From an uncultured delta proteobacterium (GTDB lineage: Bacteria > Myxococcota_A > Polyangia > Polyangiales > Polyangiaceae): a stretch of 64,000 nt of DNA. A program made the position numbers and the translations under genes. The first letter of the stretch is position 1. Each line of letters opens with the position of its first letter. The stretch is from the NCBI GenBank assembly GCA_963716725.1, contig CAVQUB010000014.1:18097-82096 (forward strand), in the 5' to 3' direction. Below are positions 1-11,047 of the stretch, piece by piece. The notes beneath the pieces were generated by a model. That model ran no database searches, had not been told where the DNA came from, and worked only from the letters and a program-made list of their open reading frames with translations.

Positions 1-44
1 CGTTGAGGGTACTCGCGGCGTGGACAGGTGGCGAGCGCCTCCAT

Positions 45-1109
45 CTAAAACCGGAGGCCTTGCGGCTTTGCGACCCACCCGGTGCTGCCACCTTCATAAG
101 GGGGGACTTCGGGGTCTGGTCGCGTGAGCGCGTAGGTCAGCACGACGCCGCCGACGAGCACAGCGCCCGCGCCGGCCCAGAACCACCAACGCTTGGTGAC
201 CGGGACCTGCTCTTCCGAGAGCCGCGCCTTGAAGTTGGATTCTTCACCGGCGCTGACGACCAGCACGGTCTCGGAGTCATCGTAGCCGGACTTGCGAACC
301 AGCACCTTGTGGGTTCCCGCGGGGCGCAGGACGTCCACCGGGACCGGTCCCACGTCTTGGCCGTTCACACTCACCAGCGCGTATGGAACGTTGGCGGAGA
401 CCCGGAGGGTGGCCGGCAGCTTCGAGAGTTCGAGCGTCAGCGGCGGTTGCCTGCCCGGAGCGAAGGTCTTGTTCACGACCACGTCGGCGAAGCCCTTGCG
501 GCTCAGCGTGAGGACGTGAACGCCGGCGTCGAGCACGAGATCGATCTCTGCGGCCGGTGCCAGTTTGCCTTTTCCGGGCGGCAAGACCCCGGCGACGAGG
601 GTCGGACGCTTGCTCGGCCTCTGGTCGAGTTCGAGCGGACGACCGTCGACGGAGATGGTGACCTGCGCCGGTCGGAGCGAAACGCTCACGACCGAGAGCA
701 GGTTCGACTCGATTTGATCGATGAACCCCTTGGCGTCGGCGGCCAGATTGGGTGGCAGCTCCGCTCCGGGCCGCTGCTCCGCGAGCGCACGTCTGAGCGA
801 CTTACGAGCCAGCGCGTAGTGACTCATGGCCCGCTGACACGCGCCGATGTTGAAGGTCGTGACGGGATGCGGGCGGTCGACGGCGGAAGCCTCGAAGGCC
901 GAGAGTGCATCGCCCCAGCGCGCGGCTTGAACCAGCTCGACCCCGCGTTGGAACTGCTCACGAGCGCGCGTCGTGCTTGCGTCTTCCGCTGCGGGCGCGT
1001 CGTGCGAGCCTGGCGCCGGCGCAGGCGGATCTGCGCGGCTCGCGCCGGTCGCGCACGTCAGCGCCAAGAGCGCTGCGAAACTTTTCAGCCTATAGCTGCG
1101 ACCCGCCAT
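45..1109 (-). CDS. Secreted TPR + PEGA domain protein
   Basis: Signal peptide (…FAALLALTCATGASRA), TPR-like helix pair (AREQFQRGVELVQAARWGDALSAF…FNIGACQR), PEGA repeats (LRVSANVPYALVSVNG…GTHKVLVRKSGY), C-terminal KRWWFWAGAG TM segment typical of myxobacterial PEGA proteins. Start estimated at MAGRSY. Confidence 0.8.
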   Translation of the reverse strand: MAGRSYRLKSFAALLALTCATGASRADPPAPAPGSHDAPAAEDASTTRAREQFQRGVELVQAARWGDALSAFEASAVDRPHPVTTFNIGACQRAMSHYALARKSLRRALAEQRPGAELPPNLAADAKGFIDQIESNLLSVVSVSLRPAQVTISVDGRPLELDQRPSKRPTLVAGVLPPGKGKLAPAAEIDLVLDAGVHVLTLSRKGFADVVVNKTFAPGRQPPLTLELSKLPATLRVSANVPYALVSVNGQDVGPVPVDVLRPAGTHKVLVRKSGYDDSETVLVVSAGEESNFKARLSEEQVPVTKRWWFWAGAGAVLVGGVVLTYALTRPDPEVPPYEGGSTGWVAKPQGLRF

Positions 1110-1326
1110 TCTGACCCCCAGCCAATGCCAAGCGCGAAGCGCACCGTCGCACGAAATGCGCCTCGATACGAGTTCGATCTGTCGCAGGTTCCTCCGCGGA
1201 GCCGCGATATCGCCGCCCGACTGCCGGGTCCCGAGAGCTCGCGCCTCCGCCACCGTCCGATTGCGTGCTCGCCGCCGCGGTGCTCTCAGCCGCCGCAGAC
1301 CGACCGCGAAATCTGCCTGGAAGTGC

Positions 1327-2010
1327 CTAGAGGTCGAACGCCACGCCGCCGAAGGCGCGGACGGTCGTGATGTGATGGATCAGTGAGGGGGCCTCGCCGA
1401 CCGCGGCGAGCAGGCGCTGATCGACGGCGGCGCCGAAGCGGAACTGTTTCAGCTCGAAGGCGAGCGTGGCGCTGACGAAGCCGCCAGCGGCGGCGTGGTC
1501 GAAGCGCCTTCCCGTCGCGCGTTCGTCGTCGCGGGCGCGGCGGCAGCTTGCGTAGACTGCGGGGTCGAGGGTGACGGGACAGGGCAGGAGAAAATGCAAA
1601 CCGTCATCCCACACCGCATCGGCGTGCGCGTACGAAAAGCCAGCGCTGGGGGTGAGCGACAGGGTGACCTCGTCGCGCTGCACCAGCGGCACGCGATACG
1701 ACCAACCGACATCCAGTACGAGCAGCTTGAAGTGCTCCGGGGCCACGCTGTTGATCGGAACGTCGTAGATCGCGCTGCCGCGTACCAGCGGCCCGTGACG
1801 GCCGGCGAACAGAAGCTCCGCTTCGAGCCCGCCCGCTGCCGGCAAGCCGAGCGCGTAGCCGCCGTAGTGTCCAGCATCGAACCCGCCGCGCGTCTGGCGT
1901 AACCCCAGGCCCGCGCTCGCGCTGAGGTTGACACGATGGCGTTCCGGCGGCGCTCCATGCGCCAGGTTGGCAGAAATCAGCAATGCGAGGACGATACCAA
2001 GTCGTTTCAT
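1327..2010 (-). CDS. Secreted hypothetical protein, possibly outer-membrane beta-barrel
   Basis: Signal peptide MKRLGIVLALLISANLAHG, alternating beta-strand pattern, ends …FGGVAFDL. Confidence 0.6.
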   Translation of the reverse strand: MKRLGIVLALLISANLAHGAPPERHRVNLSASAGLGLRQTRGGFDAGHYGGYALGLPAAGGLEAELLFAGRHGPLVRGSAIYDVPINSVAPEHFKLLVLDVGWSYRVPLVQRDEVTLSLTPSAGFSYAHADAVWDDGLHFLLPCPVTLDPAVYASCRRARDDERATGRRFDHAAAGGFVSATLAFELKQFRFGAAVDQRLLAAVGEAPSLIHHITTVRAFGGVAFDL

Positions 2011-2540
2011 CGGCTCACCCAACTCTTCGGGCGTCGATCCGATTCCCAGGTGGCGAGGCAGGAGACCACCACGAGCTACACGTACAACGAAACCACGAAC
2101 GCCAGCTGCCTCGGCGGGGCTTTCCGGTGGAAGGAACGCCGACCGATTGCCACATTCTGCTCACCTGCCGCTCGCTCCGCTCGAATAGTTTCTGCCATCT
2201 TTTGCGTCGAACCCCGCGATTGGTACTGTGCCGCCATTGGAGCGTCCACCGCAGATGAAGTGCGCCGGTCTCGCGGCTTGTTCGCAGAATGCGCAACTGC
2301 GCTCCCCTCGGTGCGGACACGATCCAAAGGCTTGAAGGAGAACGCGATGAAACACCCTCGGGGCGACAATTCCGCGACGGAGTCGACATGCTCGTTTCTG
2401 ATGGTGCACTCGGTGCACGCGCACAGCTAGCAAAGCCGAGACCAGAGCGGAATCGTACACTTGGAGCTACGGCGCGAACACCACGCCTCGAACCTCACGT
2501 TTCCACGGCGTCCGCACCATCGCCGGCAAACGGAGCCGCC

Positions 2541-2960
2541 ATGAGGTCCTTTTCAGCACTCGTTCTCTTGCCGCTCATGGTCGCGTGCCATTCTTGATGA
2601 GCTATTCCGAAACCGTCGGACACGACCCCGCGCGGCGAAATGGCTATTCGCTCGTGGGAAGCACGCTCTACCTGTGGGACTTGAATGAGATCCACACCCT
2701 CGCTCCGAACGACACGACCACGACTTGGGCGAAGCCCGGCGTGGGTATCTACGCCGCACAGGTTGCGAGCGGCTCCGGGACCTTGCTCGGCTTGGTGAGC
2801 GCCGCAACCACCTGGAAGCTTTCCGGACGGAATGCGGACTGCAAGATTGAGGGAACGCTCCTCGATTCGCCGACGAAGGGCGGGGAAGCGTTCGTGATGT
2901 ACGTCGAGTGGAGATCGCTGACACGTCAGCTGCAAGCTGGTCTGTCGGCGCTAGATGTCA
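2541..2960 (+). CDS. Putative lipoprotein, frameshifted near 2595
   Basis: MRSFSALVLLPLMVAC lipobox at 2541 with GGAG upstream; continues in ORF 2585.. (GYSLVGSTLYLWDL…FVMYVEW). 3' end uncertain. Confidence 0.4.
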
Positions 2961-3455
2961 GTGCACGCCCCGGACCGAGATCGGACAGCACACGTCGAAG
3001 TCCGTCGGGTCGCTCGCTTGCTCCGGCCGGCACCCCTTGGCGAGGGCGGAGTCTTGTTCGCTCTTGCTGACACAATCGAGCTTGCGTGCCTCGTTGGTTC
3101 CCGCGCAGCTGGAGTCGGTCAGGGTGTCCGCGGGTTCGGTGCAAGCCAAGGTTGCGGCTTGTTCGGGCTGACCCGTGACGGTCGTCGGGCAGCATACGTC
3201 GTTCCCCCCGGGCTTTTCGACGACGCACCCGGCGGCGACGGCCTGATCGGTCTGATCCTGGTTGCTGCAGTCGAGCTTGCGCGGACCGCCAGCGTTCCCG
3301 GCGCAGTCGGGGTTGTTGTTTGCGTCCGCCTTCTGACGGCAGGCTATCGGGTTGGGACCGCCGCCTCCATCGGAGCCCGATCCGCAGCCGGCTTGCGTGA
3401 GGGTGGCGAGTGAGAACGTGAGCAGCAGTGAGTGGTAAATGAACTGCCTCGACAT
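2958..3455 (-). CDS. Cys-rich lipoprotein with a duplicated ~55-aa module
   Basis: Lipobox QAGC; two copies of C…RKLDC…D.A.A.GC..E…DVCCP. Confidence 0.75.
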   Translation of the reverse strand: MSRQFIYHSLLLTFSLATLTQAGCGSGSDGGGGPNPIACRQKADANNNPDCAGNAGGPRKLDCSNQDQTDQAVAAGCVVEKPGGNDVCCPTTVTGQPEQAATLACTEPADTLTDSSCAGTNEARKLDCVSKSEQDSALAKGCRPEQASDPTDFDVCCPISVRGVH

Positions 3456-3600
3456 GGGGTGGCGCTCCTCGGGAGCAAGCTAGCCGATCGGTGCGTGTTT
3501 GGGGGGCGATTCGTCGGCGGGCGGGTTTGTGCCGCACGGCGGGCGACGCGACCGATGTCGCCGTAGGCCCGCCACCGGCGCCACCGGCGTCACCGGAGCC

Positions 3601-3752
3601 GTGGGCGCCAAACGCCACGCCGGAACGCGTTGCGACGTGGTGAATGTCGCGGTGGACGCCAAACGCCACGCGGTCGCGCGTTGCGACGTGGTCGATGTCG
3701 CGGTGGACGCCAAACGCCACGCGGTCGCGCGTTGCGACGTGGTGGGTGTCGT
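3601..3752. repeat. 51-bp tandem repeat, about 3 copies, each with a hairpin
   Basis: cgccaaacgccacg starts at 3606, 3657 and 3708; the unit contains ccac…gtcgc-gcgtt-gcgac-gtgg. Confidence 0.9.
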
Positions 3753-3787
3753 GGAGTGGCCCCGCTATTTGTGGGGGCCGGCCCCGT

Positions 3788-4582
3788 TCAGCTGCGTTCT
3801 TCCGCCAGCAGACGCTCGGCCTCGATCCCGCTCGACTCGAGGAAGCGCTGCGCGAGCTCGTTGTCGCCGCGTACGAGCTCGTGGGGCGTGCCGCTCGCCA
3901 CGATCTGGCCCTGGTCCAACAGGTAGATCTGGTCCGCGATGCGAAGCGCGCCCGCCATGTCGTGAGAGATCACGATGCTGGTCACGTCGAATCGGTTGCG
4001 GGTCGAGACGATCAGATCGTCCACCATGCGGCTGGTGATCGGATCGAGGCCGCTGGTCGGCTCGTCGTACATGATCACCTCGGGCTCGAGCATCAGCGCG
4101 CGAGCCAAGCCGACGCGCTTGCGCATGCCGCCGGACAGCTCGCTCGGCGCGCGGTGCTCGATGTTCTCGAGGCCGAGGATCTTCAGCTTCTCTTTGACGC
4201 GCGCGCGGATCTCTTTTTCGGACAGGTTCGTGTGCTCGCGCAGGGGGAAGGCGACGTTGTCGAGCACGTTCATGCTGTCGAGCAGCGCCGAGTACTGAAA
4301 GACCATGGACATCTTGCGACGCACGTCGCTCATCTTGCGCTCCGAGAGCGGCACGATGTTCGTCCCCGAGACCACCACCTCGCCGCTGGTGGGCTTGTCG
4401 AGCCCGATCAGGATCTTCAGCAGCGTGGTCTTGCCCGCCCCCGAGCCGCCGATGATCACCGCGATGTCGCCGCGGCCGACGCGCAGGTGAACGTCCCGGA
4501 GCGCGTAGAAGTCCCCGTAGCGCTTGTTCACGCCGCGCACGACGATATGGTCGGCTCGTTCGTCGGTCACCGCGCCCACCAT
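3788..4582 (-). CDS. mlaF: ABC transporter ATP-binding protein, MlaF/Mkl family (stand-alone)
   Basis: Walker A GGSGAGKT, VFQYSALLDSM, LSGGMRKRVGLARAL, YDEPTSGLDP, ISHD. Confidence 0.85.
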   Translation of the reverse strand: MVGAVTDERADHIVVRGVNKRYGDFYALRDVHLRVGRGDIAVIIGGSGAGKTTLLKILIGLDKPTSGEVVVSGTNIVPLSERKMSDVRRKMSMVFQYSALLDSMNVLDNVAFPLREHTNLSEKEIRARVKEKLKILGLENIEHRAPSELSGGMRKRVGLARALMLEPEVIMYDEPTSGLDPITSRMVDDLIVSTRNRFDVTSIVISHDMAGALRIADQIYLLDQGQIVASGTPHELVRGDNELAQRFLESSGIEAERLLAEERS

Positions 4583-4678
4583 AGCCGAGGCGCGCGGGAG
4601 GGCAATTTCCGGGGCGGGGTGGGCGAGGCCCCTCGCGGGCTTGACGCGGCCGCGCTTCGGGGTTTCTTCCGGTGCGCC

Positions 4679-4960
4679 ATGACCGATGATCACCTGAGCG
4701 CGTTGCTGGCCCTGTGCGAAGCCGGGAAGAAGGACAAAGAGGGTTGGTTCCACCTGCCCGAGGGGCGTCACCTCACGTTGCACGCGGCCTTCGCTGGCGC
4801 TTCGCTGAATGTCGCTCGGATCGCCGATCTCAAGCGCGACGGCGAGCTGGTCGTGGTGCGCACGGTCAAGGGCGAGACTTACATGCTCGCGCTCTCCGAC
4901 GTGTTCGCCGGTGCGGTGGAGGCGTCCCCGGCGCAGTCCCGCAAAGCCGGCTTCGTATGA
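4679..4960 (+). CDS. Small hypothetical protein
   Basis: Well-formed 93-aa ORF MTDDHLSALL…SRKAGFV with GC3 codon bias, first gene of a + strand operon. Confidence 0.7.
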   Translation: MTDDHLSALLALCEAGKKDKEGWFHLPEGRHLTLHAAFAGASLNVARIADLKRDGELVVVRTVKGETYMLALSDVFAGAVEASPAQSRKAGFV

Positions 4961-5014
4961 GCCCCGCCGCCTGGGGCTCTGCGTCGCTCGGCGGTCCGCG
5001 CTCCGCCTGAGCCC

Positions 5015-5842
5015 ATGGCCTGGCTGTCGAGCCTGCTCGGGGGCCTGCTCGCGTTCATCGTCGGAGATCTGATCCGCGTTCGACGGCGTCATGTGGTCGA
5101 TTCGATGCGTCGGGCCGGGATCGCTGATCCGGAGCGCAACGCGAGCGCGATGTACCGATCGCTGGGCAGGGCGCTCTTCGATCTCGCCTTCGCGCCGTGG
5201 CTCCTGAAGCGCGTGCAGATCGATCCCCGCGCCATCTCGCTGGCAAGAGAGCGCGGCGCGGTGATCGCCACCGCGCACACCGGCAGCTTCGATCTCGTGG
5301 CTTGCGCGGCGGCGCGCGCGCTCTCGTTCACGGTCGTGACCAAGCGCCTCAGCATCCGGTTCTTGGATGGGATCTGGCAGGGCTGGCGCTCCGGGCGCGG
5401 TGTGTCGCTGGTCGCCGCCGGCGACGCGGCGAGGGCGGCGCGTCGTGCACTCGCGAGTGGAGGCTGCGTGGCCATGATGTTCGACCAGGCGCCGGAACGA
5501 GAGCGCGGTACGGTGCTCGCTCCCTTCCTGGGGCAGATCGCGCGGGTAGATTTAGCGCCTGCGCTCATCGCGGCGCGGGCGCGTGTGCCGCTCCTGGTGG
5601 TGCTGGCGCGACGAACGCCCGACGGTGACCACTGGGCGGAGCTGGTGCTTGCGCTCGAGCCGCCCGCGCGGCCGGAAGCCAGGCGCGCCTGGGCCGAAGC
5701 CGCGATGGTGGCCGCAACCGCCGAGCTCGACGCGCTGGTGCGTCGTCACCCCGATCAGTGGCTGTGGATGCACCGGCGCTGGAAGGACGCGCCCGCCGCG
5801 GCCGCGCCGTCTTTTGGCCCGAGCGCCGTGGAAATGCGCTAG
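5015..5842 (+). CDS. Lipid A biosynthesis/lysophospholipid acyltransferase (LpxL/HtrB family)
   Basis: TAHTGSFDL (HxxxxD/E), MMFDQ, PFLG, HPDQWLWMHRRWK. True start may be near 4957 if there is a frameshift. Confidence 0.9.
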   Translation: MAWLSSLLGGLLAFIVGDLIRVRRRHVVDSMRRAGIADPERNASAMYRSLGRALFDLAFAPWLLKRVQIDPRAISLARERGAVIATAHTGSFDLVACAAARALSFTVVTKRLSIRFLDGIWQGWRSGRGVSLVAAGDAARAARRALASGGCVAMMFDQAPERERGTVLAPFLGQIARVDLAPALIAARARVPLLVVLARRTPDGDHWAELVLALEPPARPEARRAWAEAAMVAATAELDALVRRHPDQWLWMHRRWKDAPAAAAPSFGPSAVEMR

Positions 5843-5859
5843 AAGCACGGCACAAATCC

Positions 5860-6944
5860 ATGAGCCCCGCCTCCACCGAAAGTGTGAGCATCGCGCTGAT
5901 CGGCCACGGCGTGTGGGGCGAGAAGATCGCGCGGACCCTCGGACGAGTGCCGCGGGCGAGCCTGCACACGGTCTGCGACGTCTCCGAGCCAGCACGGCAG
6001 CGCGCGAAGGCGGCCTCACCGAAGCGTGCGAGTCGCTGCTTGTCTGGACGAGGTGATCGAACGCGACCAAGCGCGCGCGGTCATCATCGCGACGCCGCCG
6101 GCATCGCATGCCGAGCTCGCGCTCAGGGCCATCGAGGCCGGTCTCGACGTGATGGTCGAAAAGCCCATGGCGCTCTGCCTCGATCAAGCTCGGCGCTTGG
6201 AGGGCGCGGCGCGCGAGGCGGGGCGCGTGCTGATGGTCGGGCACATCCTCGAGTACCATCCCGCCGTGGTCGAGCTCAGAAGGCGGATCACCGACGGTGA
6301 GCATGGGCGAGGTGCAGGTCGTGATCTCCGAGCGCCTGAGCTCCAGCCTTTCGCGACACGAAGACGCCTGGTGGTCATTGGGGCCCCACGACGTGAGCGT
6401 GCTGCGATTCTTGACCGGCGAGAGCCCGACTCGCGTCGCGGTGTCGAGCTCGGCGGCAGGTCCGGTCAACGTCGCGGCGGCGCGCATCGAGTGCGGGCAG
6501 GGCAGCCTCGGGCTCGCGCACTTCTCCTTGGTCGACGCCCAAAAGGTTCGGCGAATCGTGGTGGTGGGCAGCGAGCGCGTGGCCATCTTCGACGATCTGC
6601 GGGAGGAACAACGCCTCTCCTTCGTCGATGTCGACGACGTGGGCATGGCTCGCCTCGCGGACGTCGTCGGACTGGCGCGCGAGTACTCGCCGGCGCGGCA
6701 GAGTGCGCGGGATGTGCTCGACGGCGTGGCGCCGAATCGCTGGCTGCCGCTCGGAGCCGGCTCGGGCATTCGAGTCGAGCCTCGGGCCGCCCTGGAGCTC
6801 GAGGCCGAGCACTTCGTCTCGGGCGTGCTCGATGGCCGGCCGGTGCAGAGCGACGCCACCAGCGGGCGCGAGGTCGTTGCGGTGCTCGTTGCCGGACAGC
6901 GTTCCCTCGAGCAGGGCGGATTCGCGGAGGTCGCGCTTGACTGA
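5860..6944 (+). CDS. Gfo/Idh/MocA family oxidoreductase (two frameshifts, near 6025 and 6300)
   Basis: IGHGVWG Rossmann motif, IATPPASHAELAL, VEKPMA, LMVGH, SLGPHDVS spread over three frames. Confidence 0.85.
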
Positions 6945-7440
6945 CACCGGCGCCGAGACCGACGCCCGCACACGGGTGCGCGCGCGCTGCATCGCCGTGC
7001 GCGTGGGCGTGGGGCTCTACGGCTTGCCCGTCGAGCAGGTTCAGGAGGTGATCGCGATGCGGCCCATCACGCGGGTCTTTCACGCGCCAGCCGCCCTGGC
7101 GGGAGTGACGAACCTGCGCGGCGAGGTGCTGCCGGTGCTCGAGCTGGGCATCCTGCTCGGCGCCGAGGCCGAGACTCCCACCGCCGACGCGCGCATCGTC
7201 GTGGTCCGGGAGCCGACGGGCCAGAAACGCCGCGCCGGGCTCCGCGTCGACGAGCTCTCGGGGCTGCGCGACGTGCCGGCCGAGCTCGCGCCGGCGCCAC
7301 AGACGGCCGGTGAGCGTGCGCGCGCCGCGATCCGCGGGGTCATCACCGAGGCTCCGCCCTGCGCCCTGCTCGACGTGCCGTCGCTCTTGGATTCGTCGCT
7401 CTTGGTCGGGCTCGCGGGGCGGGGCGGGGACGACGCCTGA
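6937..7440 (+). CDS. cheW: Chemotaxis coupling protein CheW
   Basis: YGLPVEQVQEVI…GVTNLRGEVLPVLEL…GLRVDEL. Confidence 0.9.
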   Translation: MTDTGAETDARTRVRARCIAVRVGVGLYGLPVEQVQEVIAMRPITRVFHAPAALAGVTNLRGEVLPVLELGILLGAEAETPTADARIVVVREPTGQKRRAGLRVDELSGLRDVPAELAPAPQTAGERARAAIRGVITEAPPCALLDVPSLLDSSLLVGLAGRGGDDA

Positions 7441-8249
7441 TGGCGCTGGGCGCAGAGCGGCGACGACTTCACGGCGTCGTGCTGGAGCTGCTCGAGAAGC
7501 GCCACGGGGTTGGTACCAAGGCCGCAGGCGTCAGCGCGTGGATGGAGCTGCGGCTCGACCGCGCGCTCGACGCCTTGGCGATCGACGCGGACGGAACGCT
7601 GGATGGCGCCGTCGAGCTCTTGCGGCGCGAGCCGACGCGGCTCGAAGAGATCGCCGAGCGATTGCGCGTCGGAGAGACGCGTTTCTTTCGCGACCCACCC
7701 CAGTGGGAGGCGCTGCGCGGGGTCGGCGTCGCGCCCTTCCGAGGCCGCGATCGCGTGCGCGCCCTCTCGGTGGGTTGTTCGACGGGAGAAGAAGGCTGGA
7801 GCTTGGCCATGGCGCTCGACGACTGCCTGGGACGCGGCGCCACTTATCGAGTGGTCGGCATGGATCGCAGCGAGGCCGCCATCAGCGCGGCGCGCGTCGG
7901 ACTGTATTCGTCGAGCCAGGCCCGGCACGTGCCCCGGGAGCTGGCCTCGCGCTACCTGAGCGAGCAAGGCGACGCGAGCCAGGTGACCGAGGGGCTGCGC
8001 GGCAGCGTATCGTTCGTGGTCCGGGACGCCATGATCGGGCCACCGCCGGGTCGCTACGAGATCGTGCTGTGCAAGAACCTGCTGATCTACTTTGGCAACG
8101 AGGCGGCGGAACGTGCCGTGAGCCTGATGCTGCGCAGCCTCGCCGACGGTGGCTTCTTGATGGTCGCCAAGAGCGAGGTGCCGCGCGTCAAGGGCCTGGG
8201 TCACCGCGCCGAGGAACTCGCGCCGGGCGTGGTGGTCTTCCGCGCTTGA
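7440..8249 (+). CDS. cheR: Protein-glutamate methyltransferase CheR
   Basis: [44 protein letters not shown]. Confidence 0.9.
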   Translation: MALGAERRRLHGVVLELLEKRHGVGTKAAGVSAWMELRLDRALDALAIDADGTLDGAVELLRREPTRLEEIAERLRVGETRFFRDPPQWEALRGVGVAPFRGRDRVRALSVGCSTGEEGWSLAMALDDCLGRGATYRVVGMDRSEAAISAARVGLYSSSQARHVPRELASRYLSEQGDASQVTEGLRGSVSFVVRDAMIGPPPGRYEIVLCKNLLIYFGNEAAERAVSLMLRSLADGGFLMVAKSEVPRVKGLGHRAEELAPGVVVFRA

Positions 8250-8286
8250 CGTTGCTTGCCGGGCCCGTCGGCGTTATGCCCCGGCC

Positions 8287-9066
8287 ATGTCCAGCGAAGA
8301 TCTCCTGAAGATCGGCGGCCACACCTTTCGCTCGCGGCTGTTCGTGGGCACGGGCAAATACACGAGCGTGGATCAGACCCGCGCTGCGCTCGAGGCCTCC
8401 GGCGCCGAGGTGGTCACCGTCGCGCTCCGCCGCGTGAAGCTGGAAGAGCGCGGCGAGGGATCGCTGATGCAGCTCCTGATGAGCAAACGCTGGACCTTGT
8501 TGCCGAACACCGCCGGCTGCTTCAGCGCCGACGAGGCGGTGCGCACCCTGCGCCTGGCGCGGGAGCTCGGCATGGGCGATCTGGTCAAGCTCGAGGTCAT
8601 CGGCGATCCGCGGACGCTGTATCCGGACAACGAACAGACCGTCGAGGCGGCTCGAGTGTTGGTCAAAGAGGGCTTCACCGTATTGCCCTACTGCATCGAC
8701 GATCCCATCGTCTGCCGGAAGCTCGAAGAGGCGGGCTGCGCCGCGGTGATGCCGCTGGCCGCGCCCATCGGCTCGGGTCTCGGCATCCGGAACCCTTACA
8801 ACCTGCGCATCATCCTGGAGCAGGCGAAGATCCCGGTGATCGTCGACGCCGGAGTGGGCACCGCCAGCGACGCCGCCGTGGCCCTCGAGCTCGGCTGTCA
8901 CGGCGTCTTGATGAACACCGCCATCGCCGAAGCCCGCGATCCCGTCTTGATGGCCACCGCCATGCGCGAGGCGGTCAGCGCGGGACGCAAGGCCTTCCTC
9001 GCCGGTCGCATGCCGAAGCGCTTGTACGCCAACGCATCGAGCCCCACCGCGGGCCTGATCGAGTAA
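8287..9066 (+). CDS. thiG: Thiazole synthase
   Basis: [45 protein letters not shown]. Confidence 0.97.
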   Translation: MSSEDLLKIGGHTFRSRLFVGTGKYTSVDQTRAALEASGAEVVTVALRRVKLEERGEGSLMQLLMSKRWTLLPNTAGCFSADEAVRTLRLARELGMGDLVKLEVIGDPRTLYPDNEQTVEAARVLVKEGFTVLPYCIDDPIVCRKLEEAGCAAVMPLAAPIGSGLGIRNPYNLRIILEQAKIPVIVDAGVGTASDAAVALELGCHGVLMNTAIAEARDPVLMATAMREAVSAGRKAFLAGRMPKRLYANASSPTAGLIE

Positions 9067-9118
9067 GAACGCCGATCCGCGCTTGGCCGCCTGACCGTTT
9101 CCCGGCAGAGTGCGCCGG

Positions 9119-10336
9119 ATGACGTTGGCGCCCTTGACCGCCTATCAGAAGCGCCTGTTCGCGTTTCTGAGCGTGGCGACCTTCTTCGAGGGCTACGACT
9201 TCATGGCGCTCACGCAGATCCTGCCGAATCTGCGGGCCTCGCTGGGCATGAACGAAGCCCAGGCCGGCTTGATGGTGGGCTTCATCAACGTCGGCACCGT
9301 GCTCGCGTACTTCCTGGTGCGCAAGGCCGATCGCTGGGGTCGGCGTCGCGTGCTCACGGTGACCATCGCCGGCTACACGGCGTTCACGTTCCTGAGCGGC
9401 TTTTCGCCCAACGTCTGGGTGTTCGCCGCGTTCCAGATGGTCGCGCGCATCTTTCTGTTGGCCGAGTGGGCCATCAGCAGCGTGATCGCGGCCGAAGAGT
9501 TCCCCGCGGCGCGGCGCGGCATGGTGATCGGGGTGATCAGCGCCTCGGGCAGCTTGGGCTCCGTCGTCTGCGCGGGTGTGGTGCCGCTCTTGCTCCAGTC
9601 GCCGTGGGGTTGGCGCACCGTATATTTCGTTGGCATCGTCCCCCTCCTCATCCTGGCCTTCGCGCGGCGCAGCCTGCGCGAGACCAAGCGCTTCGAGCAG
9701 CAGGTGAAGAGCGACGCGGAGCGGCCGCTGCTCGGGATCTGGCGCACTCCCTACCGGCGGCGGGTGGCCGAGCTCGGAGCGATCTGGCTGTTGACCTACG
9801 TCTGCACCCAGACCGGCGTCACCTACTGGAAGGAGTTCGCGGTCGCCGAGCGCGGCTTCACCGATGGTCAGGTCGGGCTCTCGATCACCATCGCCGCCGT
9901 GGTCGCCATGCCGCTCGTTTTTCTGTCCGGCAAGGCACTGGACATCGTCGGGCGGCGCCGCGGCGCCTTGGTGATCTACACCCTGACTTCCCTGGGCGTA
10001 TTCTTCGCCTACACCTTTCACGACCGTTGGGCGCTCACCTTTGCGCTGATGTTCGGCATCTTCGGCGCGAGCGCGTTCTTGCCCGTCATGAACGCATACA
10101 CCACCGAGCTCTTCCCGACCGAGCACCGCGGGGATGCCTTCGCCTGGAGCAACAACCTCATCGGTCGCGTGGGCTACGTGCTCTCGCCGGCGCTGGTCGG
10201 CTGGTTCGCGCACAGCGTGGGCTGGAGCAACGCGGTGCGAGTCACCACCATCTTCCCGCTGGTGGCCGTGGCGCTGATCCTGGTGCTCTTGCCCGAGACG
10301 CGCAATCGCGAGCTCGAGGAGACCGCTGCGCTGTGA
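9119..10336 (+). CDS. MFS transporter
   Basis: 12-TM pattern, [10 protein letters not shown] motif [21 protein letters not shown]. Confidence 0.9.
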   Translation: MTLAPLTAYQKRLFAFLSVATFFEGYDFMALTQILPNLRASLGMNEAQAGLMVGFINVGTVLAYFLVRKADRWGRRRVLTVTIAGYTAFTFLSGFSPNVWVFAAFQMVARIFLLAEWAISSVIAAEEFPAARRGMVIGVISASGSLGSVVCAGVVPLLLQSPWGWRTVYFVGIVPLLILAFARRSLRETKRFEQQVKSDAERPLLGIWRTPYRRRVAELGAIWLLTYVCTQTGVTYWKEFAVAERGFTDGQVGLSITIAAVVAMPLVFLSGKALDIVGRRRGALVIYTLTSLGVFFAYTFHDRWALTFALMFGIFGASAFLPVMNAYTTELFPTEHRGDAFAWSNNLIGRVGYVLSPALVGWFAHSVGWSNAVRVTTIFPLVAVALILVLLPETRNRELEETAAL

Positions 10337-10757
10337 GTGAGCCGCCAGATCAGTCCGAGCCGCGTGGCGGGTTCTTCGTGCGCGTGGTGCCCGCGCTGCT
10401 CTACGTCGCGACCATCTTCTACGGAGGCTTGATGCGCCCGGGTGGCGGTGGGCCGGCTTCCCCCACGCCGACAAAGCGCTGCACGCGATCGCCTTCGGAA
10501 TGATGCAGGTCGTGGTGCTCCGCGCCCTTCGCTACCTGCTGCCGGGGCTCGGCTTTCGAAAGCAGAACCTGGGGGCGTTTGCCTTGGTCGTGGCGGCTGG
10601 CGGGCTGCTCGAACTCGCGCAGTTGTCGTCGGCCTTTCGCAGCGCCGAGTGGCTCGATCTCTTGGCCGACGCCGTGGGCGCGGGCCTGGTGGCCCTGGTG
10701 TTTGCTCGGCAGGCGCGACGCGAGACTTGCGCGGGCGCGGGACAACCGGAATCATGA
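10333..10757 (+). CDS. VanZ-like membrane protein (frameshift near 10450)
   Basis: PALLYVATIFYGG, then DKALHAIAFG…LLELAQ…RSAEWLDLLADAVG in the next frame. Confidence 0.75.
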
Positions 10758-10761
10758 GCCC

Positions 10762-11037
10762 GTGCGTGTGATCGCCTTGGCCGTGTGCGCCGCTCTGGGC
10801 TGGGCGCCGATGCAATGCGCCTCGGAGCCGAACCCGGCCGAGCGCCGCTACGAGACTCCAGGCGAGGCGCTCTACGGTCTGGCGGATCAGTTCAAGGCCA
10901 AGGGCGATCCGGGCGCCTGGCGCTCGACGCTCGAGTACCTGGTGGCGCGCTATCCGAACAGCCGCTTTGCGAAGATGGCAAAAGACGATCTCGAAGCCGC
11001 CGCGCCCGCGGGCGCCAAAGCCTCCGGCCAGAAGTGA
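10762..11037 (+). CDS. Small exported TPR-like protein
   Basis: ALYGLADQF…LEYLVARYPNSRFAKMAK resembles a YbgF/BamD-type TPR end. Confidence 0.55.
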   Translation: MRVIALAVCAALGWAPMQCASEPNPAERRYETPGEALYGLADQFKAKGDPGAWRSTLEYLVARYPNSRFAKMAKDDLEAAAPAGAKASGQK

Positions 11038-11047
11038 CGCGCCGCGC

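Noticed and set aside
1936..2430. ORFs in the 2.0-2.5 kb interval
   Set aside because: No recognisable motifs or convincing codon bias in any frame; left unannotated.
8250..8286. TPP riboswitch upstream of thiG
   Set aside because: Only 37 bp of intergenic sequence and no recognisable THI-box core.
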